DNA of 45,904 nucleotides, from contig JAGGAJ010000001.1 in assembly GCA_017889845.1 (NCBI GenBank), positions 1-45,904 on the forward strand. Direction: 5' to 3'. The notes beneath the pieces were generated by a model. It made no database searches and was not told the DNA's origin. It saw only the letters and a program-made list of their open reading frames with translations. The position numbers were made by a program, and so were the translations under genes. This document shows positions 10,564 through 21,312 of the stretch, one piece after another. How positions within the stretch are numbered: position 1 is the stretch's first letter; each line of letters opens with the position of its first letter. This DNA comes from Deltaproteobacteria bacterium (lineage in GTDB: Bacteria > Desulfobacterota > Deferrimicrobia > Deferrimicrobiales > Deferrimicrobiaceae).

Positions 10564-11843
10564 CGGACGGATCCCACGCGGTGTCTGTACGCCTCTGCGA
10601 CGTTCGCCAGCGATCCGCAGACCAGCACCACCCCGTCCTTCCCGGCAAGGCGCCGGGCGGCCCTCCACGCTTGCGGAAACTCTTCCATCGCCGCGCAGGG
10701 AACGCCGCCGCACCGCGCGCGATCGGCGAGAAGCAAGGCATCCGCGGCCCGGTCGTGGCGCAGCGGGTACGTCACGACGCCCCGGAAGTGGGGCGCCAAG
10801 GCCCGGAGGTACCCGGCGTGATCCTTGTCCGCCAGCATGCTCCAGAGGGCGATCAGCCTCCTTCCCTTTCCCCAAGGGGGGGATACGGCGATTTCGCGGG
10901 CCAGCGTCCCGGCGGCGTCGGGGTTGTGTCCACCGTCCACCCAGGCTCCCCGGTTGTTCCTGCCCGGCAGCCGGCATAGCCTGCCGGGCCAGCGGGCCGC
11001 GGACAGCGCGGCAACCGCCCCTGCGTGAAAACGGGACGGCGGGATCGCCTCCCCCGCCGCCCAGCGCCAGGCTGCCGCGAGCGCGACGGCCGCGTTGTCC
11101 CGCTGGAATCCGCCGTCCATGCGGAGGCGGATTCCACGGACCGTAATCCCCGGCAATCCGACCGTGAGGGTCCCGTCGCGGCGGAGACTCCACGTGTAAT
11201 CCTTCCCCAGTTCCCAGACGGGGCATCCCAGGGACCGTGCCTGTCGACGGACCACGGCGCGGGCCGACGGCCGGATCCGGCCCATCACCACGGGGACGCC
11301 CATCCGCAGGATCCCCGCCTTTTCCCTGGCGATCTCCTCCAGGGTGTTCCCCAGCCAATCCCGGTGGTCGACCCCGATCGTGGTGATGACGGACACGAGC
11401 GACCGGCAGGCGGTGGTGGCGTCCCATCGTCCTCCCAGGCCGGTCTCCATGACCGCCAGAGGAACCCCAACCTTCCGGAACCAGTCGCACGCCACCCACG
11501 TCATCGTCTCGAAATACGTGAGGGGGTCCCCCGGTCTGCCGAGCCGGACCGCGGCCCGGAAACCGCTCCGCAGCGCCCGGGATGATATGTTCCTCCCGTC
11601 GACGCGGATCCGCTCCTCCGGCGACAGGAGGTGGGGGGAGGTGTAGAGTCCGACGCGAACGCCGGAAATCGCCCGGAGGATGGCCTCGAGGAAACAGGCC
11701 GTTGAACCCTTACCGTTGGTCCCCGCGACGTGCAGGGTCCGGAAGGCCCGCTCCGGGTGCCCGGAACGCGCCAGGGCCTCCCGCATGCGGGAGAGCCCTT
11801 TCCGGACCGTTTCCGGACCGGACGGCCCCGGGTCCCGGGTCAT
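10560..11843 (-). CDS. folC: folylpolyglutamate synthase / dihydrofolate synthase
   Basis: Frame of ORF 10560..12623 trimmed to the ATG at 11843 (MTRDPGPSG...). Mur-ligase P-loop [11 protein letters not shown] is present. ATGA overlap with the accD stop. The accD-folC synteny is conserved. Confidence 0.85.
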   Translation of the reverse strand: MTRDPGPSGPETVRKGLSRMREALARSGHPERAFRTLHVAGTNGKGSTACFLEAILRAISGVRVGLYTSPHLLSPEERIRVDGRNISSRALRSGFRAAVRLGRPGDPLTYFETMTWVACDWFRKVGVPLAVMETGLGGRWDATTACRSLVSVITTIGVDHRDWLGNTLEEIAREKAGILRMGVPVVMGRIRPSARAVVRRQARSLGCPVWELGKDYTWSLRRDGTLTVGLPGITVRGIRLRMDGGFQRDNAAVALAAAWRWAAGEAIPPSRFHAGAVAALSAARWPGRLCRLPGRNNRGAWVDGGHNPDAAGTLAREIAVSPPWGKGRRLIALWSMLADKDHAGYLRALAPHFRGVVTYPLRHDRAADALLLADRARCGGVPCAAMEEFPQAWRAARRLAGKDGVVLVCGSLANVAEAYRHRVGSVR

Positions 11844-12694
11844 CGATCCCCGGCGCTCGAGAGGTACCGCAGGATCTGCGTCAGGGTCGCCTTGAGCCGG
11901 CTCCTCTCGACGATCATGTCCACCATCCCGTGCTCCAGGAGAAACTCCGCGCGCTGGAACCCTTCGGGCAGCTTCTGCTTGATGGTCTGCTCGATGACAC
12001 GCGGCCCCGCGAACCCGACCAGCGCGCCGGGTTCCGAGATGATCACGTCCCCCAGCATGGCGAAGCTGGCGGCCACCCCGCCCGTGGTCGGGTCCGTGAG
12101 CACGCTGATGAACAGGATGCGGGCGTCTGAGAGACGCGCCAGCGCGGCGCTCGTCTTGGCCATCTGCATCAGGGAGAGGGTCCCTTCCTGCATCCGGGCT
12201 CCCCCGGAGGCGCTGAAGATGATCAGCGGGAACCGCGACTCCAGCGCGGCTTCCGCGGCAAGGGCGACCTTCTCCCCGACCACGCTGCCCATGGAGCCGC
12301 CCTGGAACTCGAAGTCGAGGACCGCCAGCACGACGTCGATGCCGTTGATCCTCGCCTTCCCGGTGATGACCGCCTCGTTCCGCCCCGTCTTCTTCTTCGC
12401 TTCCTTGATGCGGTCGACGTATTTCTTGGTGTCCGAGAAGTTCAACGGGTCCACCGACTCCAGTTCCCGCGCGAACTCGTCGAATGTCCCCTCGTCGGTC
12501 ACGGTGCGAATCCGCTCCATGGCGGGGATCCGGAAATGGTAGACGCACTTGGGGCAGACGTTCAGGTTCCGCTCCACCTCGGGCTTGTAGATGATCTCGA
12601 GGCATGCGTCGCACTTGATCCACATCCCCTCCGGGATCTTGATCCGCTTGTCGCCTTCGTCCTTTTTCCGGAACAGTCGAATCGCCATGGCCAT
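11840..12694 (-). CDS. accD: acetyl-CoA carboxylase carboxyltransferase beta subunit
   Basis: N-terminal Cys4 ribbon (CDACLEIIY...CPKC) followed by a carboxyltransferase domain ([20 protein letters not shown]). Confidence 0.93.
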   Translation of the reverse strand: MAMAIRLFRKKDEGDKRIKIPEGMWIKCDACLEIIYKPEVERNLNVCPKCVYHFRIPAMERIRTVTDEGTFDEFARELESVDPLNFSDTKKYVDRIKEAKKKTGRNEAVITGKARINGIDVVLAVLDFEFQGGSMGSVVGEKVALAAEAALESRFPLIIFSASGGARMQEGTLSLMQMAKTSAALARLSDARILFISVLTDPTTGGVAASFAMLGDVIISEPGALVGFAGPRVIEQTIKQKLPEGFQRAEFLLEHGMVDMIVERSRLKATLTQILRYLSSAGDR

Positions 12695-12695
12695 T

Positions 12696-13490
12696 TCACC
12701 TCAGCGCCGATTTGAGGGAGCGGACGAACCGTTGGAGCTCCGCAGGGCCACGCCGCCCGCGGCCGTGCGTCTCGACGACCTTCACGCAGGCGCTCCCCAC
12801 CACCGCGGCGGCCGCGTGGCGGGTGGCCTCTCTTGCCATGCGCGGCGAGGAGATGCCGAACCCCACCGCCACCGGGAGCCGGACCGCGCGGGACACCACC
12901 CGGGTCCAGGCCGCGACGCCCGGGGGGAGGGATCTGCGCACGCCCGTCACCCCGGTCAGCGAGATGAGGTACAGGAACCCGGACCCTGCCTTGTCGACCT
13001 CCAGAACCCTCTCCATGCCGCTGGTGGGAGCCGCCAGCGGGATCCAGTCCAGCCCGGCTTCCCGCATGGTCGGCACCGCCTCCCGGCTCTCTTCGTACGG
13101 CAGGTCGACGACGAGAAAACCGTCCGCGCCGGCCGCCCGCGCATGGCGGCACAACCGCGGGATCCCGTATCGGAAAAACGGGTTGTAGTACCCGAAGAGG
13201 ACCACCGGCGTGGCGTGGGTCCGCCGGAAGCCCGCTACCAGGTCCAGCGCGCCGGCGACGGTCATCCCCCCCGCGAGAGCGCGGCCGGAGGCGGCTTCGA
13301 TCGTCGGCCCGTCCGCCGTGGGGTCGGAGAACGGGACCCCCACCTCCAGGATGTCCGCCCCGGCGTCCGCCGCAGCCCGGAGATAGGCCAGGGATGCCGC
13401 GGGGGATGGGTCCCCCGCCGTCAGGTACACCACGAGTCCTTTCTCCCCGGACGATCGCAGCCGCCGGAACGCGGCATCAATTCCCGACAC
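12696..13490 (-). CDS. trpA: tryptophan synthase alpha chain
   Basis: 264 aa containing [20 protein letters not shown] start at 13490, overlapping the trpB end by 14 nt. Confidence 0.93.
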   Translation of the reverse strand: MSGIDAAFRRLRSSGEKGLVVYLTAGDPSPAASLAYLRAAADAGADILEVGVPFSDPTADGPTIEAASGRALAGGMTVAGALDLVAGFRRTHATPVVLFGYYNPFFRYGIPRLCRHARAAGADGFLVVDLPYEESREAVPTMREAGLDWIPLAAPTSGMERVLEVDKAGSGFLYLISLTGVTGVRRSLPPGVAAWTRVVSRAVRLPVAVGFGISSPRMAREATRHAAAAVVGSACVKVVETHGRGRRGPAELQRFVRSLKSALR

Positions 13491-14694
13491 CGCGCCCCCC
13501 CATGCGCTCCATCAGGATCGCCATGTCCTTGTCGCCCCGCCCGGACAGGTTCAGGATCACGGTTTCCGACCGCCTCATCCGGCGCGCAAGGGCAACGGCG
13601 TACGACACGGCGTGGGACGATTCCAGGGCCGGCTGGATCCCTTCCAGTCGCGACAGAAGATGGAACCCCTCGAGCGCCTGGGCGTCCGTCACGGACACGT
13701 AACGGGCCCTGCCCGTCGTTTTGAGCCACGCATGCTCCGGGCCGACGCCGGGGTAGTCGAGGCCCGCCGAGATCGAGTGCGCCTCGAGGACCTGGCCGTC
13801 GCGATCCTGCAGAACGAACGATTTGCTGCCGTGAAGAACCCCCACCTCTCCCCGGGACAGGGTTGCTCCGTGCCGGCCGGTGGAAAGACCCTTTCCGGCC
13901 GCCTCCACGCCGACGAGCCGCACGCGCGGAAACCGGATGAAGGGAGCGAAGATCCCCATCGCGTTGCTGCCGCCGCCGACGCACGCCACCACGGCAGTCG
14001 GCAATCCCCCTTCCGCGTTCCGGAACTGGCGGATGGCCTCCCGCCCGATCACCGACTGGAAGTCGCGCACCATGACGGGGTATGGATGCGGCCCGGCGGT
14101 CGACCCGATGAGATAGTACGTGGTGCGGACGTGGGTAACCCAGTCGCGGAGCGCCTCGTTCATGGCGTCCTTCAGCGTGCGGCTGCCGGAGGTCACCGGA
14201 TTGACCTTCGTCCCGAGAAGACGCATCCGGAAGACGTTCAGCGCCTGCCGCCGCACATCCTCCTCCCCCATGTAGACCTCGCAGGGAACCCCCATCCGGG
14301 CGCAGATCGTCGCCGTGGCGACGCCGTGCTGGCCCGCGCCGGTCTCCGCGATGATCCGTCCCTTCCCCATGCGGCGCGCCAGGAGCCCCTGTCCCAGCGT
14401 GTTGTTGATCTTGTGGGAACCGGTGTGGGCCAGGTCCTCGCGCTTGATGTAGATCCGGGCTCCCCCCGCTTCGCGGGTGAGGCGCTCCGCGAAGTACAGC
14501 GGGGTGGGCCGGCCGGCATAATCGCGGAGCGCGGCCGCGAGCTCCTTCCGGAAGGCGGGGTCCTTCTTCGCCGCGCGGTACGCCTCCGAAAGCGTGATCA
14601 GTGCGGGCATCAGCGTCTCGGCGACGTACCTCCCGCCGAAGGGACCGAAATGCCCCCGGCGGTCCGGCACCCGAAAGAGTTTACGCACCCGCAA
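13477..14694 (-). CDS. trpB: tryptophan synthase beta chain (TrpB1)
   Basis: Frame of ORF 13477..14973. Conserved residues begin at [18 protein letters not shown]-lysine motif HTGSHKINN and GGGSNAMG are present. Start uncertain: TTG at 14694 (7 nt after GAGGAAGGGG) or GTG at 14688. Either overlaps the trpF stop. Confidence 0.9.
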   Translation of the reverse strand: MRVRKLFRVPDRRGHFGPFGGRYVAETLMPALITLSEAYRAAKKDPAFRKELAAALRDYAGRPTPLYFAERLTREAGGARIYIKREDLAHTGSHKINNTLGQGLLARRMGKGRIIAETGAGQHGVATATICARMGVPCEVYMGEEDVRRQALNVFRMRLLGTKVNPVTSGSRTLKDAMNEALRDWVTHVRTTYYLIGSTAGPHPYPVMVRDFQSVIGREAIRQFRNAEGGLPTAVVACVGGGSNAMGIFAPFIRFPRVRLVGVEAAGKGLSTGRHGATLSRGEVGVLHGSKSFVLQDRDGQVLEAHSISAGLDYPGVGPEHAWLKTTGRARYVSVTDAQALEGFHLLSRLEGIQPALESSHAVSYAVALARRMRRSETVILNLSGRGDKDMAILMERMGGRGVGN

Positions 14695-15343
14695 GGAGAA
14701 ACCCCTTCCTCGCCCTCTCCACGAAGGCGGCCACCTTCTCCGGGTCCTTCCTGCCCGGGGCTGTTTCGACCCCCGACGCCACGTCCACCGCGTCCGGCCT
14801 TGCCTCCGCGATCGCGCGCCCGACGTTGTCCGGGGTGAGCCCTCCCGCGAGGACCCAGGGGCGGCCCGGCCCCGACGTCCCCGGCCGCGCAAGGAGATCC
14901 CCGAAACGGTCGCGGAGCGTCTTCCACGGAAGTTCGCGACCCGTCCCTCCGTATCGGTCACCCGCCCCCGCATCCAGGAGAAACGCCTCGCACGGGTAGG
15001 CGCGCAGCGCCGGGAGGTCGACCTCTCCCCCCGCGTGGACCGCTTTCAGGCGCCACAGGGACAGGCACGCGGCCTCTTCCGGCGCCTCGTCTCCGTGGAG
15101 CTGCACGCGGGAGATCCCGAGTCGCGCACACAGGGATGCGACCGCATCGGGCGGCGCGTTGACGAACACCGCCACGACCTCGGCACGGCCCTCGACGGCC
15201 CGGACGATCTCCCGGGCGGCGCCCTCGTCCACGCGACGGCGGGAACCCCGGAAAAAATTGATCCCCACGGCGTCGGCGCCGCACGACACGGCGTGGGCCG
15301 CGTCCCCCGGCGTCGTGACGCCGCACACCTTGACGCGGAACAT
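14681..15343 (-). CDS. trpF: phosphoribosylanthranilate isomerase
   Basis: 220 aa starting [15 protein letters not shown]..., with GGLTPDNV; sits in trp operon context. Confidence 0.9.
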   Translation of the reverse strand: MFRVKVCGVTTPGDAAHAVSCGADAVGINFFRGSRRRVDEGAAREIVRAVEGRAEVVAVFVNAPPDAVASLCARLGISRVQLHGDEAPEEAACLSLWRLKAVHAGGEVDLPALRAYPCEAFLLDAGAGDRYGGTGRELPWKTLRDRFGDLLARPGTSGPGRPWVLAGGLTPDNVGRAIAEARPDAVDVASGVETAPGRKDPEKVAAFVERARKGFLLAGA

Positions 15344-15356
15344 CGCCCCGTTCGCT

Positions 15357-16715
15357 CTACGCCCCGACCTTCGGCAGCCGGTGCAGCGCCTCCGCGATCT
15401 TCTCCTTCGGGTATTCGTAATCCTGCAGCCGCCCGTTGAGGAAGTCGTCGTATGCGGTCAGGTCGAAGAACCCGTGGCCGCTCAGGTTGAAGAGGATCGT
15501 CTTCTGCTTTCCTTCCTGGTCCGCCTGCTTCGCCTCCACGACGGCCGCATGGATGGCGTGGGACGACTCGGGGGCGGGGAGCAGTCCCTCGGACCGCGCG
15601 AAGGTCACGGCGCTCTGGAACACCACGGTCTGGTTGTACGCCTGCGCATCCAGGAGCCCCTCGTGGCACAGCTGGCTGACCAGAGGCGAGTCCCCGTGGT
15701 ACCGGAGCCCCCCGGCGTGGATTCCCGCCGGCACGAAATCGTGGCCCAGGGTGTACATCTTCACCAGCGGCGTCAGCTGCGCCGTGTCGCCGAAATCGTA
15801 CGCGTACACGCCCTTGGTCAGCGTCGGGCAGGAGGAGGGTTCCACGGCGACGATGCGGGGGTTCCTCTTCCCGGCGATCTTGTCCCGGAGGAACGGGAAA
15901 CCGATCCCGGCGAGGTTGCTGCCCCCGCCGCAGCACGCGATCACCACGTCGGGGTAGTCGCCGGCCAGCTTCATCTGTTCCTGCGCCTCGAGGCCGACGA
16001 CCGTCTGGTGGAGGCAGACGTGGTTCAGGACGGACCCGAGGGCGTAGCTGGTGTCCTCCCGCGTCGCGGCGTCCTCCACCGCCTCGGAAATCGCGATCCC
16101 CAGGGAACCCGGGGAGTCGGGGGCCTGGGCAAGGATGCCGCGCCCGGAGTTGGTGTCCGGGCTGGGCGAGGCGACCACCTTCGCGCCGTACGCCTCCATC
16201 AGCATCCGCCGGTACGGTTTCTGGTTGTAGCTCACCTTCACCATGTAGACCTTCACTTCCAGCCCGAAGAAGGCACCGGCGATGGCCATGGCAGAACCCC
16301 ATTGCCCGGCTCCCGTTTCCGTCGCGATGCGTTTCCGTCCCGACATCTTGTTGTAGTACGCCTGGGGAATGGACGTGTTCGGCTTGTGGCTCCCGGCGGG
16401 GCTCACCCCCTCGTACTTGTAGTAGATCCTCGACTTCGTCCCGATCGCCTCCTCGAGCCGCCTGGCGCGGAACATCGGGGTGGGGCGCCATAGGGCGTAG
16501 ATCTCCCGGATCTCGTCCGGTATCGGGATCTCCCGCTGCGAGGATACTTCCTGCTCGATCAGAGGCATGGGGAACAGGGGCGCAAGGTCCGCGGGACCGA
16601 TCGGCTTCCCGGTCCCCGGATGGAGCACCGCCTCGGGGGGTTTGGGCATGTCCGCGATGATGTTGTACCAGGTCTTGGGAATGTCCGAGTCCTTCAGCAG
16701 GAATTTCACTTGCAT
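15357..16715 (-). CDS. trpB2: TrpB-like PLP enzyme, TrpB2 class (second tryptophan synthase beta paralog)
   Basis: 452 aa. PLP-lysine motif AGSHKPNT and CCGGGSNLAG are present. It is longer than TrpB1, with an N-terminal extension (MQVKFLLKDSDIPKTWYNIIADMPKPP...), matching what I recall of TrpB2 proteins. AAAAGGAGA RBS. Confidence 0.8.
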   Translation of the reverse strand: MQVKFLLKDSDIPKTWYNIIADMPKPPEAVLHPGTGKPIGPADLAPLFPMPLIEQEVSSQREIPIPDEIREIYALWRPTPMFRARRLEEAIGTKSRIYYKYEGVSPAGSHKPNTSIPQAYYNKMSGRKRIATETGAGQWGSAMAIAGAFFGLEVKVYMVKVSYNQKPYRRMLMEAYGAKVVASPSPDTNSGRGILAQAPDSPGSLGIAISEAVEDAATREDTSYALGSVLNHVCLHQTVVGLEAQEQMKLAGDYPDVVIACCGGGSNLAGIGFPFLRDKIAGKRNPRIVAVEPSSCPTLTKGVYAYDFGDTAQLTPLVKMYTLGHDFVPAGIHAGGLRYHGDSPLVSQLCHEGLLDAQAYNQTVVFQSAVTFARSEGLLPAPESSHAIHAAVVEAKQADQEGKQKTILFNLSGHGFFDLTAYDDFLNGRLQDYEYPKEKIAEALHRLPKVGA

Positions 16716-16746
16716 GGGATCGTCTCCTTTTCCGGGATATTCCGGG

Positions 16747-17523
16747 CTATTTTCCCATGAACCGGCGTATCGTGTCAGCGGGATCGGCGCTGGCGACCAG
16801 GGATTCCCCCACGAGGAACAGCCGTCCCCCGATCGCGTGCAGCCGCCGGACCTGCGCCGCGTCGGATATGCCGCTCTCCACGACCGCGACGGCGCCGGGC
16901 GGCAGCAGGGGCAGGAGCCGTTCCGACGTGGCGAGGTCCACGGAAAGGGTCTTCAGGTCCCGGTTGTTGATGCCGACCAGGAGCGCTCCGGACTTCGCGG
17001 CCGTCCCCATTTCCCCCTCGTCGTGGATCTCGACGAGGGGTTCCAGCGCGTGGCGCCGGGAGAGGCGCACCATCTCCCCCGTCCGGTCGCCGAGGACGCT
17101 GACCATCAGCAGCACGAGGTCGGCCCCGCGCGCCCGGGACTCGGCCAGCATGTATTCGTCCAGGATGAAATCCTTCCTCAGCAGGATCGCTTCGGGGCAC
17201 GCCGCCCGGACGGCTTCCAGGTCGTCCAGGGATCCCCCGAACAGGCGTCCCTCCGTCAGGACGGAGATTCCCCAGGCGCCTCCCGCCAGGTAGCTGCGTG
17301 CCGTCTTCGGGGCATCCAGCCCCTTCCGGATCCATCCCCTGGAGGGGGAGGCGCGCTTGATCTCCGCGATGAGCCCCGGCCCTTCCGGCAGGGAGGACAA
17401 CAGGTCCCTGGCCGGGCCCCGCAAAGCCGCCCTGCGCAGAAGCCCGTCCATCGGGACGGCTGCCTTCCGGGTGGCCAGCGAAAGCCGCACTCCTCCGAGG
17501 ATGCGTTCGAGGTGGCTTCCCAT
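16747..17523 (-). CDS. trpC: indole-3-glycerol phosphate synthase
   Basis: 258 aa with motifs AEIKRASPSRG, LTEGRLFGGS and GINNRDL. Confidence 0.92.
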   Translation of the reverse strand: MGSHLERILGGVRLSLATRKAAVPMDGLLRRAALRGPARDLLSSLPEGPGLIAEIKRASPSRGWIRKGLDAPKTARSYLAGGAWGISVLTEGRLFGGSLDDLEAVRAACPEAILLRKDFILDEYMLAESRARGADLVLLMVSVLGDRTGEMVRLSRRHALEPLVEIHDEGEMGTAAKSGALLVGINNRDLKTLSVDLATSERLLPLLPPGAVAVVESGISDAAQVRRLHAIGGRLFLVGESLVASADPADTIRRFMGK

Positions 17524-17529
17524 CCCCCG

Positions 17530-19152
17530 TCACCGCGCGTCCTTCCGCCCCAGGATGTCGAGGAACGCCGTAAGCCGCGCCCGTGCAGCCCCGGAGTCGA
17601 TCGCCGTCTTCGCCACGTGGACGCCTTGCCGGACGTCCTCCGCCTTGCCCCCGGCGATCATCGCGAAGGACGCGTTCAGCAGGACCGCCTGTCGTGCCGG
17701 CCCCGGGGCTCCGGAGAGCACATCCTTCAGGATCCCGGCGTTGGTCTCCGGGTCGCCGCCCTTCAGGAACCCCAGCGGCACGTACTCGAATCCGGCCGAC
17801 CGGGGATCGAACAGGAATCGCTTGACCTTCCCTTCCCTCACGTCCCAGACGATAGTGGGCGCGGAGAGTGAGACCTCGTCCACCCCGTCCGTTCCGTGCA
17901 CGACGAAGGCGCGCCTGTGGCCGGATTCCGCGAGTACCCTGGCGTACGTCTCGCCGAGTTCCTCGCTGAATACGCCGACCACCTGGCGCCTCGCCCCGGC
18001 CGGGTTGCTGATGGGGCCGAGGATGTTGAAGATGGTCCGGATGGCGATCTCCCGGCGCGGTCCGATGGCGTATTTCATCGCGGCGTGGAACTTCGGGGCG
18101 AACAGGAAGGTGATCCCTGCCTCGTCGAGGGCGCGCTGCACGCGCCCCGTGTCCGCGTTGAGGTCCATCCCGAGCGCCTCCAGCACGTCGGCGCTCCCCG
18201 ACCGGCTGGTCACGGACCGGTTCCCGTGCTTGGCCACCGGGATCCCCGCGCCCGCGGCAACGAAGGCCACGGTGGTGGAGATGTTGAACGTGCCGGTCCG
18301 GTCCCCTCCCGTCCCGCAGGTGTCGAGCACTTCCGCGCCCGCCGGTGGGACGATCCGGATCGCCTTCTGCCGCATCACTTCCGCCGCGGCGGCGATCTCG
18401 GTGATGGTCTCCCCCTTCATGGCGAGACTGGTGAGGAACGAGGCGATCTGCGCCGGGGTGGCCTCCCCCTCCATAATCATCCGCATGGCGTCCCGCATAC
18501 CGTCGGCGGAGAGGTTCCTGCGCGCGGAAACGGCGGCGATCGCCTCCCGGATGTTGCCGAACTCCCGCATTACCGGCTGGGTCGGGTCGATGAGAGACAG
18601 GAAGTTCTCCAGCATGCGCATGCCCGACAGGGTCAGGATCGACTCCGGGTGGAACTGGACGCCGAATACCGGCCGTTCCCGATGGCGGATCCCCATCACC
18701 TCCCCGTCCTCGGACTCGGCGCACACCTCGAGTTCGTCCGGGAGCGTCGCCCGGTCAACGGCGAGGGAGTGATACCGGGTCGCCGTCATGGGATTTTCGA
18801 TCATCGAGAAGATCCCCTTGCCGTTGTGGCGGATGCGGGAGGTCTTTCCGTGCATCAGCGCCTGGGCGTGCACGATCCGCCCGCCGAACGCCTGCCCGAT
18901 GCACTGGTGTCCGAGGCATACCCCGAGGATGGGGACCCTGTCCCGGAACGCGCGGATCGCCTCGAGGGAAATCCCCGCCTCCGCGGGTCCCCCCGGGCCG
19001 GGAGAGATCACGAGCCCGGCGGGCCCGAGTCGAACGATCTCCTCCACGGCGACCGCGTCGTTGCGGAACACCGAGACCTCCGCCCCCAGTTCGCCGAGGT
19101 ACTGCACGAGGTTGTAGGTGAAGGAGTCGTAATTGTCGATGAGGGCGATCAC
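17530..19152 (-). CDS. trpGD: fused anthranilate synthase component II (TrpG amidotransferase) / anthranilate phosphoribosyltransferase (TrpD)
   Basis: ORF 17530..20073 trimmed to the GTG at 19152 ([19 protein letters not shown]). The GATase part carries GVCLGHQ and FHPES. The TrpD part carries DTCGTGGD and [13 protein letters not shown] overlap with the trpE stop. Confidence 0.9.
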   Translation of the reverse strand: MIALIDNYDSFTYNLVQYLGELGAEVSVFRNDAVAVEEIVRLGPAGLVISPGPGGPAEAGISLEAIRAFRDRVPILGVCLGHQCIGQAFGGRIVHAQALMHGKTSRIRHNGKGIFSMIENPMTATRYHSLAVDRATLPDELEVCAESEDGEVMGIRHRERPVFGVQFHPESILTLSGMRMLENFLSLIDPTQPVMREFGNIREAIAAVSARRNLSADGMRDAMRMIMEGEATPAQIASFLTSLAMKGETITEIAAAAEVMRQKAIRIVPPAGAEVLDTCGTGGDRTGTFNISTTVAFVAAGAGIPVAKHGNRSVTSRSGSADVLEALGMDLNADTGRVQRALDEAGITFLFAPKFHAAMKYAIGPRREIAIRTIFNILGPISNPAGARRQVVGVFSEELGETYARVLAESGHRRAFVVHGTDGVDEVSLSAPTIVWDVREGKVKRFLFDPRSAGFEYVPLGFLKGGDPETNAGILKDVLSGAPGPARQAVLLNASFAMIAGGKAEDVRQGVHVAKTAIDSGAARARLTAFLDILGRKDAR

Positions 19153-20636
19153 GTCGTCATCCCCCCGTCCGGGGAAACCCCGACGGCCCGGAAGAGGATC
19201 CTCGCCTTGCTCATGATCTCGTCCCACTCCCTTTCCGGGACGGAGTCGGCCACGATGCCCGCCCCCGCCTGGATCATCGCCTCGTTCCCGGTCATCACGA
19301 TCGTCCGGATGGCGATGCAGAAGTCCATACTCCCCTGTGGGTCGAAGTAGCCCACGGCCCCCGCGTAGATCCCCCTCCGGAACGCTTCGAGTCCGGAGAT
19401 GATCTGCATCGCCCGCACCTTCGGGGCCCCGGAGACCGTCCCCGCGGGGAAGGCCGCCCGCAGCACGTCGAACGCGGTAAGCCCCTTCCGGAGCTTCCCC
19501 ACCACGTTCGAGACGATGTGCATCACGTGGGAATACCGCTCGACGACCATCAGTTCGTCCGCCTTCACGCTGCCCCACTCGGCGACCCGGCCGACGTCGT
19601 TCCTCCCCAGGTCCACCAGCATCACGTGCTCGGCGATCTCCTTCGGGTCGGACAGCAGCTCCGCTTCCATCCGCCGGTCCTCGTCCGGGGACGCCCCCCT
19701 CGGGCGCGTGCCGGCGATCGGACGGAGCTGGACGTCGTCCCCTTCCAGGCGCACGAGGATCTCCGGCGATGAGCCCACCACGGACAGGTCTCCCATCCGG
19801 AGGATGTACATGTACGGCGAGGGGTTCAGCGCCCGGAGAATCCGGTACACCTCCGAGGGGGTCCGCCGGGTCCGGACGGTCGCCCGGTTGGAAAGGACCG
19901 CCTGGATGATGTCTCCCTCCCGGATGTGGTCCTTCGCGCGCCTCACTGCTCCCAGGAACTCCTCGCGGGACATGGCGAACCGCGGCGTATCGCCGCCGGT
20001 CTCGTCCGGCACTTCGGACCAGGGCAGAGGCTCCCGCAGTATCGCGGAGACCTCCCCGATCGCCGCGGCGCACCGGTCATAGGACGCGGACGGATCCTCC
20101 CCCTCCCGCACCTCAGCGTGGACGACGATGAGGACCGTGTGCCGCACGTTATCGAACACCAGCAGGCGCGAAGGGAACAGGAACATCGCGTCCGGGAGAG
20201 GGTTCAGAGGCCGGTTCGCCCCGATGTTCTCCAGATGCCGTACGTAGTCGTACCCGATGTAGCCGACCGCGCCTCCCGACAGGCGGGGAAGACCCGGCGC
20301 CGGACGGTATCTCATCCCGGACAGCAGTTCCTCCAGCACGTTCAGCGGGTCCCCCGTCGCCGCCCGCGTTCGTGTCTTCCCGCCCTTGAGGACCGTCACC
20401 TCCCGGTCGTCGGCGCAAAACCGCGTGTGCGGGTCAAACCCGATGAAGGAGTACCGCGCCCATTTCTCTCCTCCCTCCACGCTCTCGAGGAGGAAGTGGT
20501 CCGTGGGAAACCGCGCGGATACCTTCAGGTAGGCGGATACCGGGGTTTCGAGATCCGCGTAAAGTTCCCGGAAGACGGGGATCACGGTCCCCGGTTCCGC
20601 CTGCCGCAGGAACGTCGCCTTGTCGGGACGGATCAC
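19149..20636 (-). CDS. trpE: anthranilate synthase component I
   Basis: 495 aa with [22 protein letters not shown] and [11 protein letters not shown] start lies 7 nt after the upstream stop. Confidence 0.93.
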   Translation of the reverse strand: MIRPDKATFLRQAEPGTVIPVFRELYADLETPVSAYLKVSARFPTDHFLLESVEGGEKWARYSFIGFDPHTRFCADDREVTVLKGGKTRTRAATGDPLNVLEELLSGMRYRPAPGLPRLSGGAVGYIGYDYVRHLENIGANRPLNPLPDAMFLFPSRLLVFDNVRHTVLIVVHAEVREGEDPSASYDRCAAAIGEVSAILREPLPWSEVPDETGGDTPRFAMSREEFLGAVRRAKDHIREGDIIQAVLSNRATVRTRRTPSEVYRILRALNPSPYMYILRMGDLSVVGSSPEILVRLEGDDVQLRPIAGTRPRGASPDEDRRMEAELLSDPKEIAEHVMLVDLGRNDVGRVAEWGSVKADELMVVERYSHVMHIVSNVVGKLRKGLTAFDVLRAAFPAGTVSGAPKVRAMQIISGLEAFRRGIYAGAVGYFDPQGSMDFCIAIRTIVMTGNEAMIQAGAGIVADSVPEREWDEIMSKARILFRAVGVSPDGGMTT

Positions 20637-20643
20637 CTTCCAC

Positions 20644-21312
20644 CTACCCCTTCAGCAGGATGATGTCGATTTTCATCCGGTCCCGGATGGTTTTCATCGC
20701 CTTCGTCGCCGCCTCCCGCGTTTCGTACGGCCCGATCCGGACCCTGTAGACGTCCTGCCCGTTCCGGTCCTTCCCCTGCGCGACCTTCGCCTTGTACCCG
20801 GCCGTCGTAAGCCTTCTCCGGACCGCCTCGGCCGTTTCGCGGTTCTTCATTGCGCCGGCCTGCAGGTTGTACCGCCCGTCCCCGGCGCCGGGCCCCGCGG
20901 GCTTCGCCCCGGTGGGGACCAGCAGCTGGGGAGCCGGGTCCTTCCGGGAAAGCGCCTCCGGGAACGTGGCGGACCGTTCGGTCTGCCGCAGTTCCTCGCC
21001 TGCGGTCGGCGCCGGGACGGGTTGGGCCGGGACGGCGGGTACACGGGACGCTTCCTCCGAAAAGGCGGACATTTCCTTCCGGATGTCCGATGGCCCCCCG
21101 GCGCGCCGGTCGTTGTCCGCGCCCGTTGCCCGTGAAGCCGTTCTGCCTGTTGCGCCATCTTTCTCCGCGCCGTCCTTTTCCAGCACCCGCCCCACCTGCA
21201 GTCCGATGAAAAAGGCCACGGCGATCACCACGATCGCCCCCACGACGAAGAAGGCGAAGGAGTTCCGGTCCCCATCCCGCCGGTACCCTCCCTTGTGGCG
21301 CAGGAATCTCAC
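20644..21312 (-). CDS. membrane-anchored SPOR-domain (peptidoglycan-binding) protein
   Basis: ORF 20644..21513 trimmed to the GTG at 21312, which overlaps the argS TGA. Contains one TM segment (FAFFVVGAIVVIAVAFFIGL), a low-complexity linker and a C-terminal SPOR-like fold (YNLQAGAMKNRETAEAVRRRLTTAGYKAKV...YRVRIGPYETREAATKA). Confidence 0.75.
   Translation of the reverse strand: MRFLRHKGGYRRDGDRNSFAFFVVGAIVVIAVAFFIGLQVGRVLEKDGAEKDGATGRTASRATGADNDRRAGGPSDIRKEMSAFSEEASRVPAVPAQPVPAPTAGEELRQTERSATFPEALSRKDPAPQLLVPTGAKPAGPGAGDGRYNLQAGAMKNRETAEAVRRRLTTAGYKAKVAQGKDRNGQDVYRVRIGPYETREAATKAMKTIRDRMKIDIILLKG

Noticed and set aside
10564-11499. N-terminal extensions of minus-strand track ORFs. Examples: the lptD frame extended to 1029 aa, the rmlD frame to 471 aa, the trpGD frame to 847 aa, the trpB frame to 498 aa, and the secY, rplO and rpsM frames.
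   Set aside because: The extensions overlap the upstream gene in another frame and are R/G/P-rich. They also precede the point where conserved family sequence begins, and in each case a start codon with an SD or a 4-nt overlap sits at that conserved N-terminus.
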